Source: Alphaproteobacteria bacterium (GTDB lineage Bacteria; Pseudomonadota; Alphaproteobacteria; SHVV01). Taken from it: 64,000 nucleotides of DNA. Shown here piece after piece: positions 1 through 10,309 of this stretch. The position numbers and the translations under genes are program-made. The notes under the pieces were generated by a model that made no database searches, was not told the DNA's origin, and saw nothing but the letters and a program-made list of their open reading frames with translations. The DNA lies in NCBI GenBank assembly GCA_965261735.1, contig OZ253470.1, positions 1,152,001 to 1,216,000 on the forward strand, in the 5' to 3' direction. The number at the start of each line of letters is the position of its first letter. Within the stretch, counting starts at the first letter, position 1.

Positions 1-334
1 CGTGGAACGGGCAGGTGATCATCCGCGTATTGCCCTTGCCCTCGAGCAGGATATGACCGCGGTGCATGCAGACGTTGTAGTAGGCCCGCAGGCGCCCATC
101 CTTGGCACGGACGACGAACACAGGCTGATCGATCAGGGTGAAGGTGATGTAGTCGCCGGGTTCCCTTAGGTCCTGGAGGTTGCCCACATACTGCCAGGTC
201 TTGAACCAGATCTCTTCCTTCTCGCGCTCGAAGATCCCGCGATCACGATAGTAGGTCCCGGGCAGCGTGTAGGATAGTGCCGGATCGGGATGGAATCGGC
301 CGGTGGTTCCCGGCTCAGGCAGGCTCGACGCCAT
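1..334 (-). CDS. Rieske oxygenase alpha subunit, N-terminal part (runs off the window)
   Basis: Manual translation MASSLPEPG...YNVCMHRGH...ITCPFH contains the Rieske CxH...CxxH ligands; GAGGAGA RBS upstream. Not in the ORF track. Confidence 0.9.
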   Translation of the reverse strand, partial: MASSLPEPGTTGRFHPDPALSYTLPGTYYRDRGIFEREKEEIWFKTWQYVGNLQDLREPGDYITFTLIDQPVFVVRAKDGRLRAYYNVCMHRGHILLEGKGNTRMITCPFH

Positions 335-516
335 GGTGGGTCTCCTCGAGTGGCGGTCTCGACGCGACGACTCCGATTATACACGGAAAACGGACGGGCC
401 GACTGATACGCGAGGTCGCTTGACACCCACTGTCGGCGCAATGCGATGATGGGAGAGCGACACGATGCGGCCGGTAAGGGCGCCGGTCGCCACGCCGCCA
501 TCGCACGAGGTGCACC

Positions 517-1809
517 ATGAAAAACGGGAACGGACTCGTCTGGCCGAGGGCCGACTTCAGCCGTATACCCTATGCCGTCTTCCTCGACGAGGACGTGTAC
601 GAGCGCGAGCAGGACCAGGTCTTTCAGGGGCCGGTGTGGTTGTTTCTGGGGCTACAGGCCCAACTCCCCAACCCCGGCGACTACATCACCACCTATGCCG
701 GCGATTGCCCGATCGTAGTGAGCCGGGCCGAGGACGGCAGCTTGCATGCGTTCGTCAACAGTTGCGCCCACCGCGGCACCATGGTGGTGCGCGACCGCAA
801 GGGCAACGCCGAGAACCACACCTGCGTCTACCACCGCTGGTGCTACGACCTGCGCGGCGACCTCATAGGCGTGCCGTTCCAGCGCGGCCTCGGCGGTAAG
901 GGCGGCATGCCGGAGGACTTCGACAAGAGCGAGCACGGATTGCGCAAGCTCAAGGTCGCGAGTTACCGCGAGGCCATCTTCGGCACCTTCGATCCGGAAG
1001 CCGAGCCGCTCGAGGACTTCCTCGACCGGCCGTGCCTCGACTTCCTCGACCGGCTGTTCATGAAGCCGATCAAGGTGCTCGGCTACCGCCGACAGCGCTT
1101 CCCCAACAACTGGAAGCTCTACTACGAGAACTACGGCGACGGCTACCATGCCGGCCTGCTGCACCAGCTCGCCGCAACGTTCGGTCTCCACCGGGCGACG
1201 CAGACCGGCGCCCGCACACCGGACAAGTGGGGCCGTCACGCGGCCGGCTATGTGAGTGCCGACAGCGATACGACCGAGGTCATCCAGGAGGGCTACCGCG
1301 ACACCGAGCTCGGCGCCCAGATCGCCAATCCGCTGGAGTTCGAGGACCTGTCCTTCGTCGGCTGGCGCGACGAGGTCGGCGACGGGCAGATCGTCAGGAC
1401 CTGCAGCGTCTTTCCCAGCGCCCTGTTCGCGCAAGTCGGCAACGTCCTCGAGACCGAGCAGATCCGGCCCAAGAGCGCGACCGAGTTCGAGCTCTATTGG
1501 ACCCTGTTCGGCTACACCGACGACGATCCCGAGCTCGCCCAGAAGCGCCTCCAGCAAGCCAACATGGTCGGGCCCGCCGGATACAACAACATGGAGGACG
1601 GCGAGGTCGGCATCCTCGCCCACCGCGGTATCCGCCGCCGTGGCCACGAGCACTCGGTCGTTCAGATGGGGGGCACAGGCGCCATCGAGCCCCCGGATGG
1701 CCACCATCGCATCTCCGAGATGATGGTACGGGGCGTCTGGCGCTACTACTGCCACCTCATGGGCTACCGGCCCGAGGGCGCTCTCACCAACTGGCCGCCG
1801 GCCGAGTGA
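517..1809 (+). CDS. Aromatic ring-hydroxylating oxygenase alpha subunit (salicylate/anthranilate/terephthalate-like group)
   Basis: CAH...CVYH Rieske motif; ENYGDGYHAGLLH and EDGE mononuclear Fe ligands. Confidence 0.93.
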   Translation: MKNGNGLVWPRADFSRIPYAVFLDEDVYEREQDQVFQGPVWLFLGLQAQLPNPGDYITTYAGDCPIVVSRAEDGSLHAFVNSCAHRGTMVVRDRKGNAENHTCVYHRWCYDLRGDLIGVPFQRGLGGKGGMPEDFDKSEHGLRKLKVASYREAIFGTFDPEAEPLEDFLDRPCLDFLDRLFMKPIKVLGYRRQRFPNNWKLYYENYGDGYHAGLLHQLAATFGLHRATQTGARTPDKWGRHAAGYVSADSDTTEVIQEGYRDTELGAQIANPLEFEDLSFVGWRDEVGDGQIVRTCSVFPSALFAQVGNVLETEQIRPKSATEFELYWTLFGYTDDDPELAQKRLQQANMVGPAGYNNMEDGEVGILAHRGIRRRGHEHSVVQMGGTGAIEPPDGHHRISEMMVRGVWRYYCHLMGYRPEGALTNWPPAE

Positions 1810-1817
1810 GGCCGGCC

Positions 1818-2294
1818 ATGGACAACGGCAGCATCCGCGAACAGATCACCGACCTCGAGTACGCCTACGTCCAGTGCATCGACGACGACCGCCTCGAGGA
1901 GTGGCCGGGCTTCTTCGTCGAGGACTGCGTCTACCACATCCTGCCGCGCGAGAACGCCGAGGAGGGCCTGCCGCTCGGCATCTTCTACTGCCACAACCAG
2001 GCCCAGCTGCGCGACCGGGTCGTGATCCTGCGCAAAGCCGCCGTGTTCAGCCTGCGCTACTATCGCCACCTGATCAGCAACATCCGCATCGTCGGCGAGC
2101 GCGACGGCGTCCATGACGTCCACACCAACTACGTGGTCCACGCCACCGACGTGCTCGACGGCACGACCATCATCTTCAGCGCCGGCAAGTACGAGGACAA
2201 GGTGACCTTCGAGGGCGGCGCCCCGCGTTTTGTGGAAAAGATCGTTCTCGCCGACACCTCCTCCATCCCCAGCAACCTCTCCGCGCCGCTGTAA
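1818..2294 (+). CDS. Ring-hydroxylating oxygenase beta subunit
   Basis: MDNGSIREQ...CIDDDRLEEWPGFF...LRDRV...RHLISN; 158 aa, directly after the alpha subunit. Confidence 0.92.
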   Translation: MDNGSIREQITDLEYAYVQCIDDDRLEEWPGFFVEDCVYHILPRENAEEGLPLGIFYCHNQAQLRDRVVILRKAAVFSLRYYRHLISNIRIVGERDGVHDVHTNYVVHATDVLDGTTIIFSAGKYEDKVTFEGGAPRFVEKIVLADTSSIPSNLSAPL

Positions 2295-2508
2295 GGGGTG
2301 GAGCCGGTGCGCCGACGCGGCGCCGTGCCGACCGCGAACGGTTGACAAATCGGGCCACATGCGGCAGACGAGGCACGCTGAATCTTCGGCACAACGAAAA
2401 CAACGGCGCTCAGGATCCTAGGCGGCGGCATCGCGAGGCACCCGCTACCTGGCAAGCCGTGATATTCTGGCCGCGTGGACAAGACGCAGTGTCCCAGGGA
2501 GGACAGAG

Positions 2509-4107
2509 ATGAGCAAAGTCTTACGGATGCGCACCTTGACATCGATCGCCGCAGCCGCGGTGCTCGCGCTGGCGCTCGGCGTCGGCCAAGCCTCGGCACA
2601 GAAACGCGGCGGTGAGCTGCACAGCATCATTCAGCTCGAGCCGCCCCACATCGCCATGGGCCTCAACCTGCAACTTCCAACACAGGTGGTCAGCAGCAAG
2701 ATCTTCCAGTCGTTGATCAAGTACGACTTCGACTTCAACCCGGTGCCGGTGCTGGCGGAGTCGTGGACGGCCGCGCCCGACGGCAAGACCTACACCTTCA
2801 AGCTGCGCCGGGGCGTGACTTGGCACGACGGCAAGCCGTTCACGGCGGCCGACGTCCTGTTCACCATCAACGAGATCATGCCGTTGCATCCGCTGTCGCG
2901 TCGCGTGTTTGCCCGAGTGGACTCCACGACGGCCCCGGATGACTACACGGTCGTGTTCAAGCTCAAGCAGTCCTACGCGCCATTCCTGTCGGCGTGGGAT
3001 ATCTCGTCAACACCGATCTACCCCAAGCACCTCTATGAAGGCACGGACTACAGGAAGAACGAGTACAACCAGAAACCCGTCGGCACCGGCCCGTTCAAGT
3101 TCGCGGAGTGGAAGAAGGGTTCGCACATCAAGCTGGTGCGCAACGACAACTACTGGAAGAAGGGGCTGCCCTATCTCGATGCCATCTACTTCCATGTCTT
3201 GCCCGACTCCGCGACACGCGCGGTGCAGCTCGAGCAGGGCAAAGTCCACTTCACGAGCTGGGGCAACATCGAGGGTCCCGACGTGGCGCGCCTCGAGAAG
3301 CTACCGCATCTCGAGATGACCACGAAGGGCTACGAGATGCTCGGTACGATGATGTGGCTCGAGTTCAATCATCGCAAGGCGCCGCTCAACGACGTGCGTT
3401 TCCGCAAGGCCGTGGCGCTCGCCATCGACCGCAAGTTCATCCGCGACAACATCTACTACGGCCTCGGCAAGATCCCGAACGGGCCCCTTTCCACCGTGAC
3501 CCGGTTCTACGACCCGAACGTCAAGATGGACTGGGAATACAATCCGGAGCGGGCCAAGAAGTTGCTCGACGAGATGGGGTTCAAGCCGGACAAGGACGGC
3601 GTTCGCGTGCGCACGACCCTGTTGCCGATCGCCGCGAGCTACGGCGAGCAGTTCGTGCGTAGCGCCGAGTACATCAAGCAGGCCTTGGCGGATGTGGGCA
3701 TCGACGCCAAGATTCAGTCGGTCGACGCGCCGACTTGGATCAAGCGGATGGCCAATGGTGAGTTCGACCTTTCCATCACCTTCATGGGCCAGTACGGCGA
3801 CCCCGAGCTCGGCGTCGCGCGCTCCTACATTTCGAGCAACATCAAGAAGGGCGTGCCGTTCAACAACACGGCCGGTTACAGCAACGCGAAGGTCGACGAA
3901 CTCTTCAACATGGGCGCCGTCGAGATGGACCCGAAGAAACGGGCCACCATCTATTCTCAGCTGCAGCAGGAGATGGTCGACGACGTCGCGGTCGTTTGGT
4001 TCCTCGAGTACGAGTATCCGCACTTCATCAATAAGAAGTTCAAGAACGTCATCGTCGACGTCCATGGCAACAAGGGCGACTTCGAGGGCGCTTACATGGT
4101 TCAGTAG
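2509..4107 (+). CDS. ABC transporter substrate-binding protein, family 5 (Dpp/Opp/Nik-like)
   Basis: Signal peptide; LAESW..DGKTYTFKLR.GV.WHDG and GTGPFK motifs. Confidence 0.95.
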   Translation: MSKVLRMRTLTSIAAAAVLALALGVGQASAQKRGGELHSIIQLEPPHIAMGLNLQLPTQVVSSKIFQSLIKYDFDFNPVPVLAESWTAAPDGKTYTFKLRRGVTWHDGKPFTAADVLFTINEIMPLHPLSRRVFARVDSTTAPDDYTVVFKLKQSYAPFLSAWDISSTPIYPKHLYEGTDYRKNEYNQKPVGTGPFKFAEWKKGSHIKLVRNDNYWKKGLPYLDAIYFHVLPDSATRAVQLEQGKVHFTSWGNIEGPDVARLEKLPHLEMTTKGYEMLGTMMWLEFNHRKAPLNDVRFRKAVALAIDRKFIRDNIYYGLGKIPNGPLSTVTRFYDPNVKMDWEYNPERAKKLLDEMGFKPDKDGVRVRTTLLPIAASYGEQFVRSAEYIKQALADVGIDAKIQSVDAPTWIKRMANGEFDLSITFMGQYGDPELGVARSYISSNIKKGVPFNNTAGYSNAKVDELFNMGAVEMDPKKRATIYSQLQQEMVDDVAVVWFLEYEYPHFINKKFKNVIVDVHGNKGDFEGAYMVQ

Positions 4108-4120
4108 GCTGAGTTATTTA

Positions 4121-4160
4121 CCGCCCCGTCCCCCTCCCGCGCTGGAGAGGGACGGGGCGG
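4121..4160 (+). other. Intergenic stem-loop between the binding-protein and permease genes
   Basis: Perfect 12-bp inverted repeat CCGCCCCGTCCC/GGGACGGGGCGG with no T-tract; position typical of mRNA-stabilising hairpins in ABC operons. Confidence 0.6.
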
Positions 4161-4213
4161 ATGCATTCCCCGCTCAGGGCGTCGGTTTCCTCCTGCTCTC
4201 CAGAGGTTGAGGC

Positions 4214-5191
4214 ATGGGACGGCTGCGTTATGTCCTGCGACGCCTGGGGCAGGGTGTCGCCATCATCCTCGCTATCGTCGTCCTGAACTTCTTCCTGCTG
4301 CGGGCGGCACCCGGGGATCCAGCACTCGCCATGGCCGGCGAGGCCGGCGCCGCGGACGAAGAATACATCGCGGCGCTTCGCGCCGACTGGGGCCTCGACC
4401 AACCTCTCGGGAAGCAGCTGGTCATCTACGTCGGCGGCGTCTTGAGGGGCGACCTCGGCCACTCCTATCGCTACGGCGTCCCGGTGATCGATGTTCTCTT
4501 CGAGCGCCTGCCCTCAACCCTGTTGCTGACGACCACGGCGTTCTTCCTCGCCCTAACTCTGGGGATAGCGCTCGGAACGATCGCCGCGCTGCGGGTGGGA
4601 ACGTGGATTGACACGGTCGTTACGGTCATCGCGCTCGCCTTCTACGCGACCCCCATCTTCTGGTTCGCGTTGATGAGCATCCTCCTTTTCTCGGTGGTGG
4701 TGAACTGGCTGCCGCCCGTGGGCTGGGAGACCATCGGCGCGGAGCTCACCGGTTTCGCGCACGTGCTCGACGTGGCCCATCACCTCATTCTGCCGGTGCT
4801 CACGCTCGGGCTCTTCTACATGGCGATCTACGCCCGGCTCGCGCGCACCTCCTTCCTCGAGGTGATGCGCCAGGAGTACGTGACCGCGGCCCGTGCCAAG
4901 GGCCTGCCCGAGGGTCGAGTCGTCATGGCCCACATCCTGCGCAACTCCATGCTGCCGGTGATTTCGATGGCCGGGTTCCAGGCCGGTCATCTGATCGGCG
5001 GTACAGTGCTGATCGAGACCATCTTCGCCTGGCCGGGCGTCGGGCGCCTCGCCTTCGAGGCGGTGCTGGGGCGCGACTATACGCTCCTGCTCGGTGTCTT
5101 TGTGCTGACCTCGATCATGGTCGTCGTCTTCAACCTCATCACCGATCTCGTCTACTCGCTCGTCGATCCGCGTATCGAGGTCCAGGGATGA
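4214..5191 (+). CDS. ABC transporter permease (DppB-like)
   Basis: PGDP motif, GDLG.SY, AARAKGL EAA-like loop. Confidence 0.95.
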   Translation: MGRLRYVLRRLGQGVAIILAIVVLNFFLLRAAPGDPALAMAGEAGAADEEYIAALRADWGLDQPLGKQLVIYVGGVLRGDLGHSYRYGVPVIDVLFERLPSTLLLTTTAFFLALTLGIALGTIAALRVGTWIDTVVTVIALAFYATPIFWFALMSILLFSVVVNWLPPVGWETIGAELTGFAHVLDVAHHLILPVLTLGLFYMAIYARLARTSFLEVMRQEYVTAARAKGLPEGRVVMAHILRNSMLPVISMAGFQAGHLIGGTVLIETIFAWPGVGRLAFEAVLGRDYTLLLGVFVLTSIMVVVFNLITDLVYSLVDPRIEVQG

Positions 5192-6027
5192 GGGAGTTCT
5201 GGTCTCGCTACAGCCGCAACAAGGGGGCGGTCATCGGCCTCGCCGTGCTCGCGCTCGTCGTACTGGTCGCGGTGTTCGCATCGATCCTGTACCCGACCTC
5301 ACCCTGGCGCCTCGTCGGCCGACCCTACCTTCCACCCCTGTCGCCGGGCTTTCCGCTAGGCACCGACACGCTCGGCCGCGACATCCTGTCAGGGATCGTC
5401 CACGGTTCGCGCGTCTCCCTCCTCGTCGGCATCGCCTCGGCGCTCGCCAGCACGTTCATGGGCATTCTCGTCGGCGGCGTGTCCGGCTACTACGGCGGCC
5501 GCATCGACGATGCGCTGATGCGCTTTACCGAGCTGTTCCAGACGATCCCGAGCTTCATTCTGGCGATCGTGGTCGTTGCCATCCTGAGCCCGACCATCGT
5601 CTCCGTCGTGCTCGCCATCGCGATCATCAGCTGGCCGCCCGTGGCACGCCTCGTGCGCGGCGAGTTCCTGACGCTGCGGCAGCGCGAGTTCGTCATGGCC
5701 GCCGTCGTCGTCGGCCAATCCGACTTCCGCATCATCGCGACCCAGATCCTACCCAACGCCATGGGACCGATCATCGTCATGGCCTCGCTGATGGTGGCGG
5801 CGGCCATTCTGCTCGAAGGCTCGCTGTCCTTCCTCGGGCTCGGCGATCCCGAGCTGATGAGCTGGGGGTTCATGATCGGGGCGTCGCGCAACGTCATCCG
5901 GGTCGCCTGGTGGATGAGCCTCTTCCCCGGCCTCGCCATCTTTTTCGCCGTGCTCGCCATCAACCTGGTGGGCGAGGGCTTGACCGACGTGCTTAACCCG
6001 CGCCTCGCGCGCGAGGTCAAGGCATGA
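5188..6027 (+). CDS. ABC transporter permease (DppC-like)
   Basis: LGTDTLGRD and LSFLGLG motifs; ATGA overlap with the previous gene. Confidence 0.95.
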   Translation: MREFWSRYSRNKGAVIGLAVLALVVLVAVFASILYPTSPWRLVGRPYLPPLSPGFPLGTDTLGRDILSGIVHGSRVSLLVGIASALASTFMGILVGGVSGYYGGRIDDALMRFTELFQTIPSFILAIVVVAILSPTIVSVVLAIAIISWPPVARLVRGEFLTLRQREFVMAAVVVGQSDFRIIATQILPNAMGPIIVMASLMVAAAILLEGSLSFLGLGDPELMSWGFMIGASRNVIRVAWWMSLFPGLAIFFAVLAINLVGEGLTDVLNPRLAREVKA

Positions 6028-7658
6028 GCACGAGCGGCGCGCCGGCGGGTGGCACGCTGCTCGAGGTCCGCGACATGACAGTCGCGCTGCCGCCCGAGGC
6101 CGACCGGCCGCACGCGGTCGAGAGCATCTCCTTCGACCTCGACCGTCGCGAGATGCTCTGCATCGTGGGCGAATCGGGGTCGGGAAAGAGCATTACGGCG
6201 CACGCCGTGATGGGGCTGCTGCCTGAACCGCACGTCCGCGTCGTCGGTGGCGAGATCATCTTCGAGGGACAGACGATCACCAAGTTCGATCAATCGGAGT
6301 GGCGCCGCCTGCGCGGCCGGCGCATGGCGATGATCTTCCAGGAGCCGATGACGGCGCTCAACCCGGTGATGCGCGTCGGTGCCCAGATCGAGGAAGTCCT
6401 GGTCGCGCACACCGACATGCTGGCGCGGGCGCGCCAGGACCGCGTGGTCGAACTGCTGGCCTCGGTCGGCCTGCCTGAGCCGGATCGCCTGGGGCAGGTC
6501 TATCCGTTCCGCCTCTCGGGCGGGCAGCGCCAGCGCGTCATGATCGCGGCGGCGCTGGCGCTCGAGCCGGCGCTCCTCATTGCCGACGAGCCGACGACGG
6601 CGCTCGACGTCACCACGCAGATGCAGATCCTCAAGCTGATCAAGGACCTGCAGACCAAGATGGAAATGGGGGTCCTGTTCATCACCCACGATTTCGGGGT
6701 CGTCGCCGAGATCGCCGACCGCGTCGCGGTGATGCAGGAGGGCCACATTGTCGAGCTCGGACACCTGAAGCAGGTCCTCGACGACCCCCGTCACGACTAC
6801 ACGAAAAAGCTCATCGCGGCCGTCCCCAAGCTACGGGATGTGGAGCGCGGTGAGGTCGAGACCGATAACGTCGTCCTGTCGACGCACGAAGTGTGCAAGA
6901 CGTTCTCACAGGCGGGCGGCCTGTTCGCCCAGCGCCGCGTCGTGCAAGCGGTAAAGAGCGTCGATCTCAAGGTGCGGGCCGGCGAAACCCTCGGGCTCGT
7001 GGGCGAGTCGGGCTCCGGGAAATCGACTTTCGCGCGTTGTCTCGTCCGCCTCCTCGATGCCGAGAGCGGCGAGATCTGGTTCGACGGCCAGAACCTAGTG
7101 CCGCTCCGCTCCCGTGCCCTACGGCCCCTGAGACCGCGCATCCAGATGATCTTCCAAGACCCCTACGCATCGCTCAACCCGCGCCGTAAGGTCGGGCGCA
7201 TCATAGCCGAGGGACCGATGGCTCAGGGCGTGCGCTCATCCGCCGCCATGCGCAGGTCGCGCGAGTTGCTCGAGCTCGTGGGCCTCGATGCCGGGATCTC
7301 GGACCGCTATCCACACGAGTTTTCCGGCGGCCAGCGCCAGCGCATCGGCATCGCCCGCGCGCTCGCGCTGGAGCCGGAGGTTCTGGTTGCCGACGAGCCG
7401 GTCTCGGCGTTGGACGTTTCCGTGCAGGCGCAAATCCTGGAGCTGCTGTCCGATCTGCAAAAGCGATTCGATCTCGCGCTGCTGTTCATCACCCACGACC
7501 TGCGCGTGGCGGCCCAGGTGTGCGACACCATCGCCGTCATGCGCTTCGGCGAGATCGTGGAATTAGGCACCAAGTCGCAAGTCTTCCGCTCACCCCAGCA
7601 CGAGTACACCAAGGCCCTGCTCGACGCGATCCCGGGCAAACAGTTGGTGCTCGAGTAA
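6024..7658 (+). CDS. ABC transporter ATP-binding protein, fused double ATPase
   Basis: Two GESGSGKS Walker A motifs and two SGGQRQR signatures. Confidence 0.96.
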   Translation: MSTSGAPAGGTLLEVRDMTVALPPEADRPHAVESISFDLDRREMLCIVGESGSGKSITAHAVMGLLPEPHVRVVGGEIIFEGQTITKFDQSEWRRLRGRRMAMIFQEPMTALNPVMRVGAQIEEVLVAHTDMLARARQDRVVELLASVGLPEPDRLGQVYPFRLSGGQRQRVMIAAALALEPALLIADEPTTALDVTTQMQILKLIKDLQTKMEMGVLFITHDFGVVAEIADRVAVMQEGHIVELGHLKQVLDDPRHDYTKKLIAAVPKLRDVERGEVETDNVVLSTHEVCKTFSQAGGLFAQRRVVQAVKSVDLKVRAGETLGLVGESGSGKSTFARCLVRLLDAESGEIWFDGQNLVPLRSRALRPLRPRIQMIFQDPYASLNPRRKVGRIIAEGPMAQGVRSSAAMRRSRELLELVGLDAGISDRYPHEFSGGQRQRIGIARALALEPEVLVADEPVSALDVSVQAQILELLSDLQKRFDLALLFITHDLRVAAQVCDTIAVMRFGEIVELGTKSQVFRSPQHEYTKALLDAIPGKQLVLE

Positions 7659-7677
7659 GGGCGGACCCACAGGCGAG

Positions 7678-7926
7678 CTACGAGCGCCGGGCGTCGACCT
7701 TCAGCGCCTGGATAGTCTCCTCGCCGAGCGCGCGCAGCGCCTCGAGCCGATGGAGCCCGGTGACGAGGACGTAGCGCCCCTTGTCCGGGCGCACCTGAAT
7801 CGGCGTCTCCTGGCCCTTGTCGAGGATACTCTCCGCGAGCGCCTCGACCTTGCCGGCGTCCAGCGTCTTGCGCAGCTTCACCGGCACATAGATGTCATCG
7901 ATCTTCAGGGCATGCGTTTCGAGCAT
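7678..7926 (-). CDS. Stand-alone ParB N-terminal/sulfiredoxin-like domain protein (82 aa)
   Basis: LAESILDKGQETPIQV...YVLVTGLHRLEA; start re-called at ATG 7926 with GAGGA RBS. Confidence 0.8.
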   Translation of the reverse strand: MLETHALKIDDIYVPVKLRKTLDAGKVEALAESILDKGQETPIQVRPDKGRYVLVTGLHRLEALRALGEETIQALKVDARRS

Positions 7927-7987
7927 AATGTCCTCACCCAGGGGGCCATGGTAACGTGCCGGCGGCGCAAAACGGGAGGGAAATACG

Positions 7988-9049
7988 ATGGCGGAGCGGG
8001 ACTGGCGGTTGAGCGTCATGGTGGCGCACGGCTCGGTGCGCCGCGCGGTCGAGATGTGGAAGGCGTGCGAGGACGCGGGCATGTACCTCGTCGGCGCGGC
8101 CGACTCGCAGAACCTCATGCGCGAGGTTTATGTCTCGCTCGCGGCCTGCGCGCTCTCGGTCGAGCGGGCCAGGATCATGACATACGCCACCAACCCCGTG
8201 ACGCGTCATCCCTCGGTCGCAGCGTCCGCCTTCGTAGCCCTCAACGAGCTCGCGCCGGGGCGCATGATGATGGGTATCGGAACCGGCGATTCGGCGCTGT
8301 GGTCGATGGGCCGTACGCCCGCCACGGTGGAGCAGACGCGCAACTACATCCTCGCCGTGAAGGGGCTGACCAAGGGCGAGGAGGTCTTCTGGGACGGCCA
8401 CCTGGTCGAAACCGCGTGGAGCTATTACGAGCCCTTCGACCTGCCGGTCTACGTCATGTGCTCGGGGCCGAAGATCCTGCGCATGGCGGCCGAGGTCGCC
8501 GATGGCGCGGTCATCCACATGGGCTTCGCGCCCGAGGACATCGCCTACGCGCGCGATATCGTCGCGCAAGGCCGGCGGGCCGCGGGCAAGGATCCCGACA
8601 CGTTCGACATCTGGTGGAACGCCCACATCGTTTTCGACGAGTCGGCCGAGGCGGCCGCCGCCCGCAGTCTCGGCTGGTCGCCGAGCTGGCTCACCATGGG
8701 CACGCTCGATGGCAAGGGCATCCCCGACGAGTACAAGGCAAAGCTCCAGGAGCTCAATGCCGATACCCACAGCCTGCGCGCCGTCTACCGCAGCGGAAAA
8801 CGCGAGGACACGCTCGTCGAGCGGGCCAAGGAGCTCGGCGTCTATGACTGGCTGATCTCGCGATCGCCGCGCCTGTTCGGTACCACCGACGAGGTCGTCG
8901 AGCGCCTGAACGAGCTCGGCCGCACGCTCGACATGACGCAATGGATCTTCTTCGCGTGGCTGCGGGGCGAGCGCACCGGCGGCGACGACGAGGAGCGCTT
9001 CGAGCTGATCCGCCGCATCGGCCAAGACATTCTGCCCCGGCTCGTATAG
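7988..9049 (+). CDS. LLM-class flavin/F420-dependent oxidoreductase
   Basis: TNPVTRHP, GRMMMGIGTGD, SGPK.LR.A.E.ADG motifs. Confidence 0.9.
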   Translation: MAERDWRLSVMVAHGSVRRAVEMWKACEDAGMYLVGAADSQNLMREVYVSLAACALSVERARIMTYATNPVTRHPSVAASAFVALNELAPGRMMMGIGTGDSALWSMGRTPATVEQTRNYILAVKGLTKGEEVFWDGHLVETAWSYYEPFDLPVYVMCSGPKILRMAAEVADGAVIHMGFAPEDIAYARDIVAQGRRAAGKDPDTFDIWWNAHIVFDESAEAAAARSLGWSPSWLTMGTLDGKGIPDEYKAKLQELNADTHSLRAVYRSGKREDTLVERAKELGVYDWLISRSPRLFGTTDEVVERLNELGRTLDMTQWIFFAWLRGERTGGDDEERFELIRRIGQDILPRLV

Positions 9050-9148
9050 CGGCGCGACCGGCGGGTGGCGCGGGCTGGACCGCCTGCGGGGCTACTGCTA
9101 ACCTCGCGGCGACGGCGGGGTGGTAATACGCGAACATGGGATGAGACG

Positions 9149-10243
9149 ATGGATATGAACTTCGCGCGGGTCATTTCGGGCGACTCCCACGTCATGGAAC
9201 CGGCCGATCTGTGGGAAAAGACGATCGGCAACAGGTTTGGCGAGCTTACGCCGCGGGTGTTCAACGAGTACAAGGGCCGCAAGGGGCGGTTCTTCTGGAC
9301 CGGCAAGCAGGTGCGCAAGTTCGCCGCCATCGAGGCCGAGCAGGACGAGCTCGGATTCAAGGAGGCCGGCTACATCCCCGAGAAGAGGGTGTCCTTCCAG
9401 GAGCAGGCCGGCATCGAGTCCGAGGTCCTCTACACCACGCATATGCTACTGCAATACCCGAGCCCGCATGCGGAGGTGCTGCGCGCCTCGGCCGAGGTCT
9501 TCAACGACTGGTTGGCCGAGTTCTGCTCGCATTCGCCGCGCCGACTGATCGGCATCGCGGTCATCCCGATGCACGACGTCGCGTGGGCCACGGGCGAGCT
9601 CGAGCGGGTCGCGGCCAAGGGCCACAAGGGCGTCATGATCAACCTCGGCGCGCCCGCGGACTGCCCGCCCTATCGCAAGAGCGTTTACGATCCCTTCTGG
9701 GCGCGCGCCGAGGAGATGGGGATACCGGTCACCCTGCACGCGGCCACGGGCCAGAACCCGGATCCGCTCCATTTCGAGAGCCCGGAAGAGCTCGAGCAGA
9801 TTGCGAGCGCGATGATCAACGTGTTCGTCGAGATCATGCCGACGCTCTCCGATGATTTCATCTTCGGCGGCATCCTCGATCGCTTTCCCAAACTGAAGCT
9901 CATCTGCGGCGAGTTCGACCTCGGTTGGATCCCCTACTTCACGTGGCGCATCGACAGCATGCAGAAGAGCATGGGCCCCTACGTATCGATGCCCAAGATC
10001 GAGATGCGCGCTAGCGACTACATGCGCACCCGTATCTGGCATGGCGTCATCAACGACCCCGAGGCCAGTCACGTCATTCCCCAGATCGGCACGAGCCGGG
10101 TGCTGTGGGGCTCGGATTTCCCGCATATCCGCTCGATCGGACTGGAAACCCAGGGCCACGTTGCCGACCTCCTGGGGAGCCTGCCGCGCGACGATCAAGA
10201 GAAAGTGGTCGCCGGCAACACGGCCGAGCTTTACGGCTTATAG
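9149..10243 (+). CDS. Amidohydrolase_2 family protein
   Basis: SGDSHVMEP, VTLH and WGSDFPH motifs; start re-called at ATG 9149. Confidence 0.88.
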   Translation: MDMNFARVISGDSHVMEPADLWEKTIGNRFGELTPRVFNEYKGRKGRFFWTGKQVRKFAAIEAEQDELGFKEAGYIPEKRVSFQEQAGIESEVLYTTHMLLQYPSPHAEVLRASAEVFNDWLAEFCSHSPRRLIGIAVIPMHDVAWATGELERVAAKGHKGVMINLGAPADCPPYRKSVYDPFWARAEEMGIPVTLHAATGQNPDPLHFESPEELEQIASAMINVFVEIMPTLSDDFIFGGILDRFPKLKLICGEFDLGWIPYFTWRIDSMQKSMGPYVSMPKIEMRASDYMRTRIWHGVINDPEASHVIPQIGTSRVLWGSDFPHIRSIGLETQGHVADLLGSLPRDDQEKVVAGNTAELYGL

Positions 10244-10309
10244 ACCAGCAACAATGGCCATACGGCGCGCCCGGCGTGGCGCGACCGCACGGGCCGAGGG
10301 AGAAAATCC

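Noticed and set aside
2295-2508. Possible riboswitch upstream of the ABC operon
   Set aside because: A TTGACA is present, but I recognise no aptamer consensus or terminator; an Rfam scan would be needed.
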